A stretch of 63,441 nucleotides of DNA, counting the filler, from Chiloscyllium plagiosum (Eukaryota), in NCBI RefSeq assembly GCF_004010195.1. It is 4 parts of 2 records of this genome, joined end to end, with 100 filler letters (N's around TTAATTAATTAA, not from the genome) between each part and the next. Parts side by side here need not be neighbours in the genome. Positions count along the whole stretch, not along the records: positions 28,577 to 52,539 come from NC_057716.1; positions 52,640 to 61,480 come from NC_057716.1; positions 61,581 to 63,441 come from NC_057717.1; 1 more part is not named here. The stretch is one strand, 5' to 3'. Within the stretch, counting starts at the first letter, position 1. Each line of letters begins with the position of its first letter. Below the pieces are notes generated by a model. That model had not been told where the DNA came from, did no database searches, and saw only the letters and a list, made by a program, of their open reading frames with translations. Positions 51,875 through 63,441 of this stretch are shown here, piece by piece. Position numbers and translations under genes: made by a program.

Positions 51875-52367
51875 TGGTTTTCTTTCTCTCTCTACAAGTT
51901 TTACCTCATTGATTTTAACCCTACTGCGAATCCTCTTGCAAGGATGCCTGCCTTGAAGAAGTTTTCCTCCTCTCTCTACAAGAATCTCAGGGAGCCCCTC
52001 TCCCACTGCAACTCCCAGGTCATTTCCTCTGCCCTGAAGCTCTTCAACCATGTCGTGAAACAAACTCGCTATCACAGCCACATTTGCTTCCTCAGTGCCT
52101 GCCTCAGTAACCAACTCATCCCACACGGACTCCGGACCACCTTTAAACCAGCAGAGTTCGGACCCGAACAGGACAAACAGTACAGACTACAGATTCAAAA
52201 ACACCAGCAACAGTTCTCCTTCAAGATCCTCCGCTCCACGCTTGCAGCAATGCGCCGACAGCTAACCTCTCTACAGTCATCCCTGCCTCAGCTGAAGGCC
52301 ACACTCTCTCAGAATTGCAAAGGACCCACTCAGTACTACATCCTCAGGAATTCATACTCTCAACAAA
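51875..52367 (+). mobile_element. Probable PLE 5' region (N-terminal ORF domain)
   Basis: HICFLSACLSNQLIPHGL fits the FLxxC-xxx-IPxG motif of PLE N-termini; C-rich composition like the other PLE copies. Confidence 0.6.
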
Positions 52368-52539
52368 CACGAAGATAGGTGGAGTTGTGGACAGTGGGGA
52401 GGGCTGTTGTCGGCTGCAGAAGGACTTAGATATGATGCAGAGCTGGGCTGAGGAGTGGCAGATGGAGTTCAACCCTGCCAAGTGTGAGGTTGTCCATTTT
52501 GGAAGAACAAATAAGAATGCGGAATACAGGGTTAATGGT

Positions 52540-52639
52540 NNNNNNNNNNNNNNNNNNNNNNNNNNNNNNNNNNNNNNNNNNNNTTAATTAATTAANNNNN
52601 NNNNNNNNNNNNNNNNNNNNNNNNNNNNNNNNNNNNNNN
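52540..52639. other. Assembly gap with synthetic spacer
   Basis: 44 N + TTAATTAATTAA + 44 N. Confidence 0.97.
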
Positions 52640-52854
52640 GAAATCTGAGTTCATCCCTTGTGGTTGGAGGGTTCCCACCCCAGTCTGACCTATCACCCTC
52701 ACCTTGACCTCTTTCCACCTATCACATTTCCGACGCCCCTCCCCCAAGTCCCTCCTCCCTACTTTTTATCTTAGCCTGCTGGACAAACTTTCCTCATTCC
52801 TGAAGAAGGGCTTATGCCCGAAACGTCGATTCTCCTGTTCCCTGGATGCTGCCT
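52640..52854 (+). mobile_element. PLE 3' end with inverted junction and hammerhead core
   Basis: cctgaagaagggcttatgcccgaaacgtc at about 52799; first about 35 nt in opposite orientation. Confidence 0.8.
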
Positions 52855-54142
52855 AATTAGGGATAGTCAACATGCCTTTGTGCATGGGAAACCATGTCTC
52901 ACAAACCTGATTGAGTTTTTTGAAGGTAACAAAGACAATTGATGAGGGCAGAGCAGTAGATCTGGTCTATATGGACGTCATTAAGGTTTTCGACAAGGCT
53001 CCCCATGGGAGACTGGTTAGCAAGGTTAGATCTCACGGAATACAGGAAAAATCAGCCATTTGGATACAGACCTGGCTCAAAGGTAGAAGACAAAGGGTGG
53101 TGGTGGAGGGTTGTTTTTCAGACTGGAGGCCTGTGACCAGTGGAGTGCCACAAGGATCAGTGCTGGATCCTCTATTTTTCATCATTTATATAAATGATTT
53201 GGATGTGAGCATAAGAGGTACAGTTAGTAAGTTTGCAGATGACACCAAAATTGGAGGTGTAGTGGACAGCGAAGAAGGTGACCTCAGATTACAAGAGGAT
53301 CTTGATCAGATGTGTCAATAGGGCTGAGAAATGGCAGATGAAGTTTAATTCAGATAAATGTGAGGTGCTGCATTTTGGGAAAGCAAATCTGAGCAGGACA
53401 TATACACTTAATGGTAAGGTCCTAGGGAGTATTGCTGAACAAAGAGACCTTGGAGTGTAGGTTCATAGCTCCTTGAACATGGAGTCACAGGTGGTTAGGA
53501 TAGTGAAGAAGGCATTTGGTATGCTTTCCTTTATCGGTCAGAGTATTGAGTACAGGAATTGGGAGGTCATGTTGCAGCTGTACAGGACATTGGTTAGGCC
53601 ACTGTTGGAATATTGCATGCAATTCTGATCTCCTTCCTATCAGAAAGATGTTGTGAAGCTTGAAAGGGTTCAGAAAAGATTTACAACAATGTTGCCAGGG
53701 TTGGAGGATTTGAATATAGGGAGAGGCTGAATAGGGTGGGGCTGTTTTCCCTGGAGCGTCGGAGGCTGAGGGGTAACCTTAAAGAGGTTTACAAAATAAT
53801 GAGGGGCATGATAGGATTAATAGACAAAGTCTTTTCCCTGGGATGGGGGGACTAGAGGGCATAGGTTAAGGATGAGAGGGGAAAGATATAAAAGAGACCT
53901 TAGGGGCAACTGTTTCACGCAGAGGGTGGTAGGTGTATGGAATGAGCTGCCAGAGGAAGTGGTGGAGGCTGGTACAGTTGCAACATTTAAAAGGCATTTG
54001 GATGGGTATATGAATAGGAAGGGTTTGGAGGGATATGGGCCAGGTGCTGGCAGGTGGGACTAGATTGGGTTGGGATATCTGGTTTGCATGGATGGGTTGG
54101 ACTGAAGGGTCTGTTTCTGTGCTGTACATCTCCAAGACTCTA
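52855..54142 (+). mobile_element. 5'-truncated CR1 (same family as 1-898)
   Basis: [14 protein letters not shown], identical 3' UTR. Confidence 0.88.
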
Positions 54143-55069
54143 TGAGGAGCTGCTCGTGTGTCCTTCATGCAGCTGTCTCTTTGTGCTTTGCTGATGGCTT
54201 GTAGGGGCACGACGTGATTTCTTTTTTCAATTGTTCTCTACCTTTGACCACTCCCCACATATCAGCCATGATTAAATGGCAGAGCAGAGTTAATGGGTCA
54301 AATGACCTAACTCTGCTCCTATATCTGGTGGTCTTGTGGTCTTGTGTAATATGAACAGAAAGCTGGGAAACATTGGAAGGGTAGCTCTGTTAATTAAAGG
54401 AGATGCTGGTATGGTCGAGAGAGATGCTGGTATTTCTGGGTATCAAATGTAAAATACGTTTGGCTTGAAGTGATTATGATTAAAGGTAGGAATCAACTTC
54501 TAGAAGTGGTTTGTAGCCCTGTAACAGTAAGCCTACTCTAGGATATGCTGCTAAGTAATAAATAATGGGGACTTATGAGAGATGGAAACTACAAGCTGGC
54601 TCCAGATCATGTACACGCAAGTAACTTCTGCTACTGTGCATCAGTGGAGGGAATGGACCCTTGTGGATGCAGTGCCAATCAAGCAGATTGCTTTGTCTTG
54701 GATGACATCAGGCTTCCTCAGTGTTGTTGGGAGCTGCACCTGTCCAGGAAAGTGGGGTGCATTCCATCCTGACTTGTGTCTTGTAGATGGTAGACAGGAA
54801 GTGAGTTACTCACTGCAGTATTCCTAGCCTCCGACCTGCTCATGTAACCATATTATTTATAAGGTGAGTCCAGTTCAGTTTCTTTTCAGTACCAAACCCC
54901 AGGTGTTGATAGTGGGATATTCAATGGCAATGTCATGAATGTCAAAAGGTGATGGTTCGACCTAGTTTGAAGGAGATGGTCATGGCCCGGCAGTTGTGTG
55001 ACACAAATGTTACTTGCCAATTTTCAGCCAAGTCTTGATTTTGTTAAGGGCTTCCTGTATTTGTTGAGT

Positions 55070-56610
55070 CATAGAGTCATACAGCACAGAAATAGACTGT
55101 TTGGTCCAACTCGTCCATGCCAACCAAGTTTCCCCAAGCTAAACTACTCCCATTTGCCTGCATTTGACCCATGTCCCTCTAAATCTTTTCTATTCATGTA
55201 ACTATCTGAATAACAACAACAACATAATATTGTAACTGTATCTGAATTTACCACTTTCTCTGGCAATTCATTTCAAATATGAACCCCCTTTGTGTGAAAT
55301 GGTTGCCCTTCAGGTCCCTTTTAAATCTTTCTCCTCTCACCTTAACATTATGCGCTCTAGTTTTGAACTCCCCCCACCCTCGGGAAAAAGACTTTTGTGA
55401 TTTACATTATCTGTGCCCCTCATTAGATTAGATTAGATTAGATTACTTTACAGTGTGGAAACAGGCCCTTCGGCCCAACAAGTCCACACCGCTCCGCCGA
55501 AGCGCAAACCACCCATACCCCTACATTTACCCCTTACCTAACACTACAGACAATTTAGCATGGCCAATTCACCTGACCTGCACATCTTTGGACTGTGGGA
55601 GGAAACCGGAGCACCCGGAGGAAACCCACGCAGATACTGGGAGAATGTGCAAACTCCACACAGTCAGTCGCCTGAGGTGGGAATTGAACCCGGGTCTCAG
55701 GCGCTGTGAAGCAGCAGTGCTAACCACTGTGCCACCTTAACTTCTTTAAGGTCACACTTCAACTTCCTACACTGCAGCCTTTCCTTATAACATAAACCTT
55801 CCAGTTTCTGTAACATAATTGTAAATCTTTTTGCACCCTTTCCAATTTAAAATATCCTTCATTTAGTAGGGCAACCAGAACCAGTAGTCCAAATGTGGCC
55901 TCATTAAAGCCCTGTATAACATGACATCCCAACTTTTGTACTTAATGGTCTGAGTAATGAAGGCAAGCATTCCAAACACCTTCTTATCCACCTTCAAGGA
56001 ACTATTTACCTGAATCCCTAGGTCTGTCTGTTCAACAACACTCTTTAGGGCTTTACCAGTAACTGTGTAAGTCCTCTCCTTGTTCATCTTACCAAAATGC
56101 AACACCACGCTTTTATCCAAATTAAACTCCATCTGCCACTCCTCAGCATATTGGCCTAGTTGATCAAGATTCTGTTGTACTGTTAGATTGCCTTTTTCAC
56201 TGTCCACTGTACCACCAATTTTGGGTGTCATCTACAAACTTAGTAACCATGTTTCCTATATTCTCTTGCAAGTGGTTTATATAAATGAAAACCAACATTG
56301 AACACAGCACCAGTGGAACATTGCTGGTCTAGTCCAAAAAAAATCTTCCACCATCACCACCCTATCTCCAACCATTAAGTCAATTTTATAGCCAATCGGC
56401 AAGCTCTCCCTGGATTCCATGTGATCTAACTTTACTGACCAGTCTACCATGTGGAACCTTGTCAAAGACCTCACTAAAGTCCAAGTAGACAACCTTTACC
56501 ACTCTGCTCTTATTTATTTACATGGTCACATTTTCAAAAACCTCAAGTTTGTGAGACACGATTTCCCATGCACAACTATGCTATCGCTAATCATTCTTTG
56601 CTTCTCCAAA
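55070..56610 (-). mobile_element. Decayed CR1, interrupted by an HE1 SINE
   Basis: EEWQMEFNLDK..LYRALMRPHL; ctatgactc tail. Confidence 0.8.
55423..55736 (-). mobile_element. HE1-like SINE
   Basis: Reverse complement of the 25101 copy. Confidence 0.9.
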
Positions 56611-58179
56611 AGTCAAGATGGTGCCGACATCATTGGTGACAGAGTAGGACTCCTTGAGGGCCGGAACACCTTGCAGAGACCTTGCTGAAGCTCTGAAGTC
56701 ATGTTTGAGACCTCAAATTTAACAGAAGATTAACTCTTACTTAAGTAATTTCTTTCTATAGAACAAAGAAATTTGTAGCACAGGAATAGGCCCTTCAGCC
56801 CTCCAAGCCTGCGCCAATCCAGATCCTCTATCTAAACCTGTTGCCTATTTTCTAAGGGTCTGTACCCTTTTGCTCCCTGTCGAGATGCATCTTAAATGAT
56901 GCTAATGTGCCTGCCTTTACTACCGCGGCTGGCAATGTGTTCCAGGCACCCCACCACCCTCTGTGTAAAGAACTTTCCATGCATATCTCTCCTAAACTTT
57001 TCCCCTCTCGCTTTGAACTCATGACCCCTAGTAATTGAGTCTCCCACTTTATCCTTATTGTAACTCAAAATGGTGGCAGATTGTGACAATGAAACACTTT
57101 TCACTATATTTTGAATATATGTGACAATAAATCATTCATTCAAATACATATAAGTCTCCCAGAATCCCCTCTAACACCTTACCGAATATTGAATCAGATT
57201 TACTGATCTATAGTTCCCAGCTTTTCTTAAATTAAGGCACATTACCACCCTCCAGTCTTCCAGAATTTCACCCGTGGCTGTCGATGACCCAAATATCTCT
57301 GCTAGGGGCTCTGCAATTTCTTACCTAGCTTCCCACAATGTCCTACGGTCTTATATGCCTTTATGCTTTTTAAGACTTCCAGCATAACATCTTCTGTAAT
57401 GTGGACTATTTAAGACATCAGTATTTATTTCCCCGCGTTCTTTAGCTTCCATGTCTTTCTCCAGAGTAAAAAGTGACATGAAATAATCATTTAATCATTT
57501 AGGATCTCTCCTAGTTCCTGTGGCTGCACACAAATGAGTTCATTGATCTCAAAGGGGCCCTATTCTCTTCGTAATTGGTGGCTGGGCCAGCACTTATTGC
57601 ACATCCCTAATATCTTGAGAAGTGGTGGGGTGCTGCCTTCTGGAACCGCAGCAATCAATGTGCTGCAGGTAGATCCATAATACCCTTAGGATGGAGTTCC
57701 AGGATTTTGACTTAGTGAAAATGAAGGCGATATGTTTCCAAGTCAAATTGCTGAGAGGCTTGACTGGGAACTTGCAGGTAATGGTGTTTCCATGTATCTG
57801 CTGTCCTTGTCCTTCCAGATGGAAGTGGTAATTGGTTTGGAAGGTGCATTCTTTGGTAAATTTCTGCAAGGCCTCTTGCAAAAAGCACACACTGCTGCAC
57901 CTGAGTGTCAGCAATGAAGTGAGTGGATGTGATTCCAATCAAGCAGGCTCCTTTGTCCTGAATGGTGACACATTCTTGAGATTGTTAGAGCTGCACCCAT
58001 CAAGGCAATGGGAAATATTCCATCACACCCCTGAGTTGTGCCTTGTGGCTGGTGGATAGGATTTGGGTATTCAGGAAGTACAGCAGAAGAGGCTGATGTG
58101 GGGGGATCTGACTGAGGTATCCAAAATTATGAGACTTGGGTTGTTGGATTAGATTGTGAGAACCTCTTCCCTATGGAAG

Positions 58180-61100
58180 ACCAGAGGGCAGCAGTGGCGG
58201 GCAGTGCTGTTCAGAAGGGCAGGAAAAAGACTTCATAGGGCCATAGTCATAGGGGATTCTATTGTAAGGGGAGTAGATAGGCAGTTCTGTGGCCGAAAAC
58301 GAGACTCCCGAATTGGTATGTTGCCTCACAGGTGCTCGGATTGCGGATGACACCGATTGCTGCAGAAAGGGGAGGGTGAACAACCAGTTGTCTTGGTGCA
58401 TATAGGCACCAGCGATATAAGTAAAAAAGCAAGATGAAGTCCTGAAAGCAGAATTCAGGGAGCTAGGAGAGAAGTTAAAAAGGAAGACCTCAAAGGTAGT
58501 GATCTCGGGATTATTACCAGTGCCACGTGCTAGCCAGTGTAGAAATGAAAAAATAGGCAGGATGGACACGTGGCTTGAGAGATGGTGTAGGAGGGAGGGG
58601 TTCAGATTTGTTGGACATTGGGACCAGTTCTGGGGAAAGTGGGACTATTACAAATCGGATGGTCTACACGTGAACCAGAATGGAACTAATGTCCTTGGGG
58701 GAGTTTTTGCTACTGTTGTTGGGAAGGTTTTAAACTAATGTGGCAGGGGGCTAGGAGCCAGAAGAGAAGACAAGTAGGCAGCGAGGTGGAGACTGGAGAC
58801 TGTAAGAATCATGACGTTAGCATTAATAAAGGGAAGAGTAGGGAGAGAGCAGATGAGTGCAAAAGAACTGGTGGCCTGAAGTGCATATACTTTAATGCAA
58901 GGAATATAGTGTGTAAGACAGATGAACTTAGGGCTTGGATTGTTGCCTGGGAGTATGACATTCCTGCAATCACAGAGACTTGGTTGAAGGAAGGGTATGA
59001 TTGGCAACTAAATGTTCCAGGATATAGACGGGATAGGGAGGGAAGCAGAAGCGGGGAGGGGGGGGGCGGAAATTGCATTGCTGTCAGGGATGATATTACG
59101 GCTGTGCTAAAGGAGCGCACTATGGAGACCAGGGTAGTGAGGCATTATGGATGGAGCTGAGAAATAAGAAGGGTGCAGTTACACTGTTGGGGCTGTATTA
59201 CAGGTCTCCCAAAAGTGAGCGTGAGGTAGAAGAACAAATAGGTAAACAGACTATAAATAGATGTAGAGGCAACAGGGTGGTGGTGATGGGAGATTTTAAT
59301 TTTCCCAACATTGACTGGGATACACAGTGTCAGAGGTCTGGATGGGGCAGAATTTATAAGAAGCATACAGAGCAGTATGTCAATAATCCGATGAGGGAAG
59401 GGGTCATATTAGACCTGGTGTTGGGGAAAGAGCCAGACCAGGTGGTAGAAATTGCGGTGGGGGATTTTTTTGGGAACAGTGACCACAATTCTGTAAGTTT
59501 TAGAATACCTGTAGACAAAGATGAGAGTGTTTCTAAGAGAAGAGTATGTAAGGGAAGAGTACTAAACTGTGCCAAGGCCAATTATATCAAAATTAGGCAG
59601 GAGCTGGGAAATGTGGATTGGACACAGCTATTTGAAGGGAAGTCCACATTTGAGATGTGGGAGGCTTTCAAAGATAGATTAAAGATGGTGCAGGATAGGC
59701 ATGTCCTATTGAAAGCAAAGGATAGGAAGGGCAAGATTCGTGAACTGTGGATGACAGAACAGGCCCTGGAGGAACATCAGGAGATAGGACCAATCTTAAA
59801 TGAGGAATTAAGCAGGTTAAAAGGGGTCATGAAATAGCGTTAGCAAGCATAAATAAGGAGAATCCCAAAGCCTTTTATTCTTATATAAGAAGCAAGCAGG
59901 TAACTAGAGAAAGGATTGGTCCACTAAAGGATAAGGAAGTAAGGCTGTGTGTCGAACCTGAGTAAATGGGTGGGATTCTGAATGATTACTTTGCATCAGT
60001 GTTCTCTGAGGAGAGGAACATGACGAATGTCGAGATTAGAGATAGAAGTTTGATTACTCTGGATCACATTGACATAAGTAGGGAAGATGTGTTGGGTAGG
60101 CTAGAGGTTATTAAGGTGGACAAATCCCCAGGACCGGATGGGATCTATCCCAGGTTGCTGAGGGAGGTGAGAGAGGAAATAGCTGGGGCCCTGACAGATA
60201 TCTTTGTAGCATCCTTAAACACAGGTGAGGTGCCGGAGGACTGGAAGGTTATCCTCCTGTACAAGAAGGGTAGTAGGGATATTCTGGGTAACTACAAACC
60301 AGTGAGCCTGACGTCTGTGGTGGGAAAGTTGCTGGAGAAGGTACTGAGGGATAAAATCTATTTATATTTGGAAAAAAATGGGCTTATCAACAATAGGCAA
60401 TGGTTTTGTGCAGGGGAGATTGTGCCTTATCAACTTAATAGAGTTCTTTGAGGAAGTGACCAAGTTGATAGATGAAGGAAGGGCTGTAGATGTCATATAC
60501 CTGGATTTTAGTAAGGCGTTTGATAAGGTTCCCCATGGTAAGCTAACAGAAAAACTGAAGTCACATAAGATCTGGAGTGCAGATCCATTGTACCCTGAAG
60601 GTTGCTGCACAGTGGACAGTGGTCAAGAAGGCTTGCCTTCATTGGATGGGGTACTGAGTATAAGAGCTGGCAAGTCATGTTAAAATTGTATAAGACATTG
60701 GTTCGGCCACATTTAGAATATTGTGTACAGTTCTGGTCGCCACATTACCAAAACAATGGTAATTTTGGAACTGTGTTGTAAGGGGGTACAATATTGGTAT
60801 TGTATTGTATTTAAAAACGATTTGGAGAGGGTGCAGAGAAGGTTTGCGAGGATGTTGCCTGGTATAGGAGGTGCTAGCTGTGAAGAGAGGTTGAGTAGGT
60901 TAGGTTTATTTTCATGAGAAAAAAGGAGATTGAGGGGAGACCTGACTGAGTTTACTACAGACCCCCCAATAGCAGCAGGGAGATGGAAGAAAGCATAGGT
61001 TGGCAAATTTTGGAAAAGTGTGGACGTAGTAGGGTTGTTGTAATGGGTGACTTTAACTTTCCCAATATTGATTGGAACCTCCTTCGAGCAGACGATTTGA

Positions 61101-61480
61101 ATGGAGCTGTTTTGTGTTCAGGAGGGTTTCCTAACTCAGTACGTTGACAGGCGGACGAGGGGAGAGGCCATTCTAGACTTACTGCTCGGAAATGAGCCGG
61201 GGCAGGTATCAGATCCTGTGGTGGGAGAGCATTTTGGTGATAGTGACCACAACTGCCTCACATTCTACATAGCTATGGAGAAGGAGAGGATTAGGCAAAA
61301 TGGGAGGATATTTAATTAGGGAAGAGGAAACTATGATGTGATTAGACATGAGTTAGGAAGCATGGATTGGGAGCAATTGTTCCATGGTAAAGGTACTATA
61401 GACATGTGGAGACTGTTTAAGGAACAGTTGTTGCAAGTGATGAATAAATATGTCCATCTGAGACAGACAAGAAGTGGTAA
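58180..61480 (+). mobile_element. Decayed CR1 (ORF1 esterase and ORF2), followed by a second APE fragment from about 60950
   Basis: IVIGDSIVRG, DGLHVN, YFNAR, TETW, GDFNFP, NYKPVSLTS. Confidence 0.87.
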
Positions 61481-61580
61481 NNNNNNNNNNNNNNNNNNNN
61501 NNNNNNNNNNNNNNNNNNNNNNNNTTAATTAATTAANNNNNNNNNNNNNNNNNNNNNNNNNNNNNNNNNNNNNNNNNNNN
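61481..61580. other. Assembly gap with synthetic spacer
   Basis: 44 N + TTAATTAATTAA + 44 N. Confidence 0.97.
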
Positions 61581-61860
61581 ATCTATCATCCTAAGAGAGG
61601 GGTAGGTCTGGAGGGATGGTGAAAACACGGCAGGGCTGGGAGCGAGGACCTGGTGTGGCGCTGGAGCTGGGTGTGGGGGCGGGGTTAGGCCTGGGGGCGT
61701 GGACGGAGATCGGCGTGGGGGCGGGGTTGGGCGTGGTGACGGTTATAGGCGTGGGGCGGGGTTAGGCATTCAGTCGGAGATCGGCGAAGGGGCGGGGTTA
61801 GGCGTGGTGACGGAGATCGTCGTGACTCATTACTCCAAGGGTCCTCATTACTCAGATAAG
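61581..61860 (-). mobile_element. PLE internal fragment (Pro-rich repeats preceding RT)
   Basis: Minus strand reads QPCRVFTIPPDLPLS, typical of the region just before the PLE RT. Confidence 0.6.
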
Positions 61861-61984
61861 AAGGCACAGCAGGTTGAGTTGCTGCATTGTTTAAGAATGA
61901 TATCAAGGCCGCATTAAGAATTGACATTAGCACAAGGGACCAAGTTGACAAATCAGTTTGGATCCAAATTCAGCGTTCAACTCA

Positions 61985-63441
61985 CAAGCTGTTGCTAGGA
62001 GAACAGAATGGTGACAGTTTTGAAGGTAGCAGTTCGGAGAACTTGTTGTCAATATTTTCACGGACCATTGTCAGGGTTATGTTTGCGTGCTGCCAGTGTT
62101 GGACTGGGGTGTAGACACAACCACCTGATTAAGGAGCGTCGTTCCAAAAGCTAGTGTGCTTCTAATTAAAGCTGTTGGACTATAACCTGATGTTGTGTGA
62201 TTTTTAACATTGTCAGGAGAAGAGCTTAGGAATGGGCTGACAGTCCATTGCTCAGAGGACTGAGTTGGAATGGGTTCAAAGGTCACTGCTTGGGGAACAC
62301 AGTTTGGATGGGTTTACACGATATTGCCAGCAGAACAGTATGGCGTGCATTCGCAGTGTATTACCAGGGAAACAAAGTTGGGGTAGGATAATCAGGAGAT
62401 CAAAGCTGAGATTGGGGTCGCATCGTGGCTCAGTAGTTAACTCTGCTGCCTCCCAGAACCAAGGACCAGGGTTTCATAGCAACGTCGGGCGAATGTCTCC
62501 ACAATCGCCCTGTGTTTGCGCGGGTTCCCACCGGGTGCTCCGGTTTCCTCCCACATTCCAAAGACGTGCAGACTAGGTGAATTGACTATGCTAAATTTAT
62601 CATTTGCTTTAGGGGTGTGTAGGTTAGGGACGTTTGTCAGGGGTCTATATAGGATAGTAGGAGAACCTGGCTATAGGTGGGTTACACGTTTCAGAGTCGC
62701 TATGGACCTTTTGAAATGAAAAGCCTTGTTCCACACTGTAGGGACTCTATTAATAACAAACCGTTGCTAGAACAACAGAATGTGGATGGGTTCACAGACC
62801 GTTGCTAATAGATAAGGCTGGGGATGGATGCACAGTCATTGCTATGGCATTAGGCAGGGAATGGTTTCAATGGATGTTGCAAGGAAAACAGGCTGACTAT
62901 GAATTCAAAACTCTTTGCTCGGACGTCCCTCTAATGATGGGTTCGCATGCCATTACTAAGTTAGCAGAATGGGGACGGGTTCTTGCGAGGAGAAGAGATA
63001 CGTTTGCAGGTCGTTGCTAGGAGAACAGATATGAAATGGGTTAACAGGCCGTTGTTCGGAGATCAGTGATGGTATACGTTTTTCAACTATTGATCAGATG
63101 GGGACTGTTTCGTAGGCCATTGTTGGGAATGCAGAATGGTAATGGGTTCAAAGACTATTACTGGAAGAACAGAGTTGGGACGGGTTCACATGCCGTTCCT
63201 AGGGAAGTGTTCATAGTACATTGTTCAGAAATAGATAGATTCACAGGCTGTAGTTCTGAGAATAAAGTGCAAACAGGTTCACAGTCCATTGCCATGGAAA
63301 CAGACTGGAAATGGTTTCACAGTTCGTTGCAAGTAGACCAGAAGGGGTTTGAGTTCACAGACTGTTGCTAGGAGGACTGAGTGATGACTTTGTAGGCCGT
63401 TGTTAGAAGATGAATTTGGGTATGAGTTCAAAGATCTTTCC
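61985..63441. repeat. Degenerate 38-bp tandem array, running off the window end; interrupted by PLE (about 62085-62207) and SINE inserts
   Basis: gttgctaggagaacagaatggggatgggttcacagacc-like units, e.g. 62763 and 62801. Confidence 0.8.
62413..62750 (+). mobile_element. Old HE1-like SINE
   Basis: tggctcagtagtt A box, gggtgctccggtttcctcccaca core, ttgttccacactgtaggga tail. Confidence 0.75.

Noticed and set aside
61660..61830. GC-box-rich segment resembling a promoter or viral terminus
   Set aside because: Contiguous on the minus strand with the PLE motif PCRVFTIPPDLPLS; better explained as an element-internal repeat

Overview
Eukaryotic genomic DNA, almost certainly from an elasmobranch (shark), judged by HE1-type SINEs, CR1 LINEs with an esterase ORF1, and Penelope elements. 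The only host gene I can support is the 3' part of SMARCAL1 (SNF2-family annealing helicase) on the minus strand. It has five GT-AG exons with consistent phases: 41765-41663, 23373-23191, 22369-22269, 17563-17470 and 11659-11429 (stop). Earlier exons were not found here. Most of the rest is nested, decayed transposable elements: many CR1 copies, several Penelope-like element (PLE) families with minimal hammerhead-ribozyme cores, HE1 SINEs, two solo LTRs, a TA-flanked non-autonomous DNA transposon, RTE and L1 fragments, and minisatellites. There are three 100-bp assembly gaps with a TTAATTAATTAA spacer. I found no convincing new multi-gene system. The most notable patterns are short or fold-back hammerhead-bearing PLE insertions with 10-16 bp target duplications that end in a similar motif, apparent local sequence capture at PLE junctions, and PIP-box-like motifs in the SMARCAL1 tail. 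Repeat boundaries were read by eye and are approximate; family names come from recognised motifs, not database searches.
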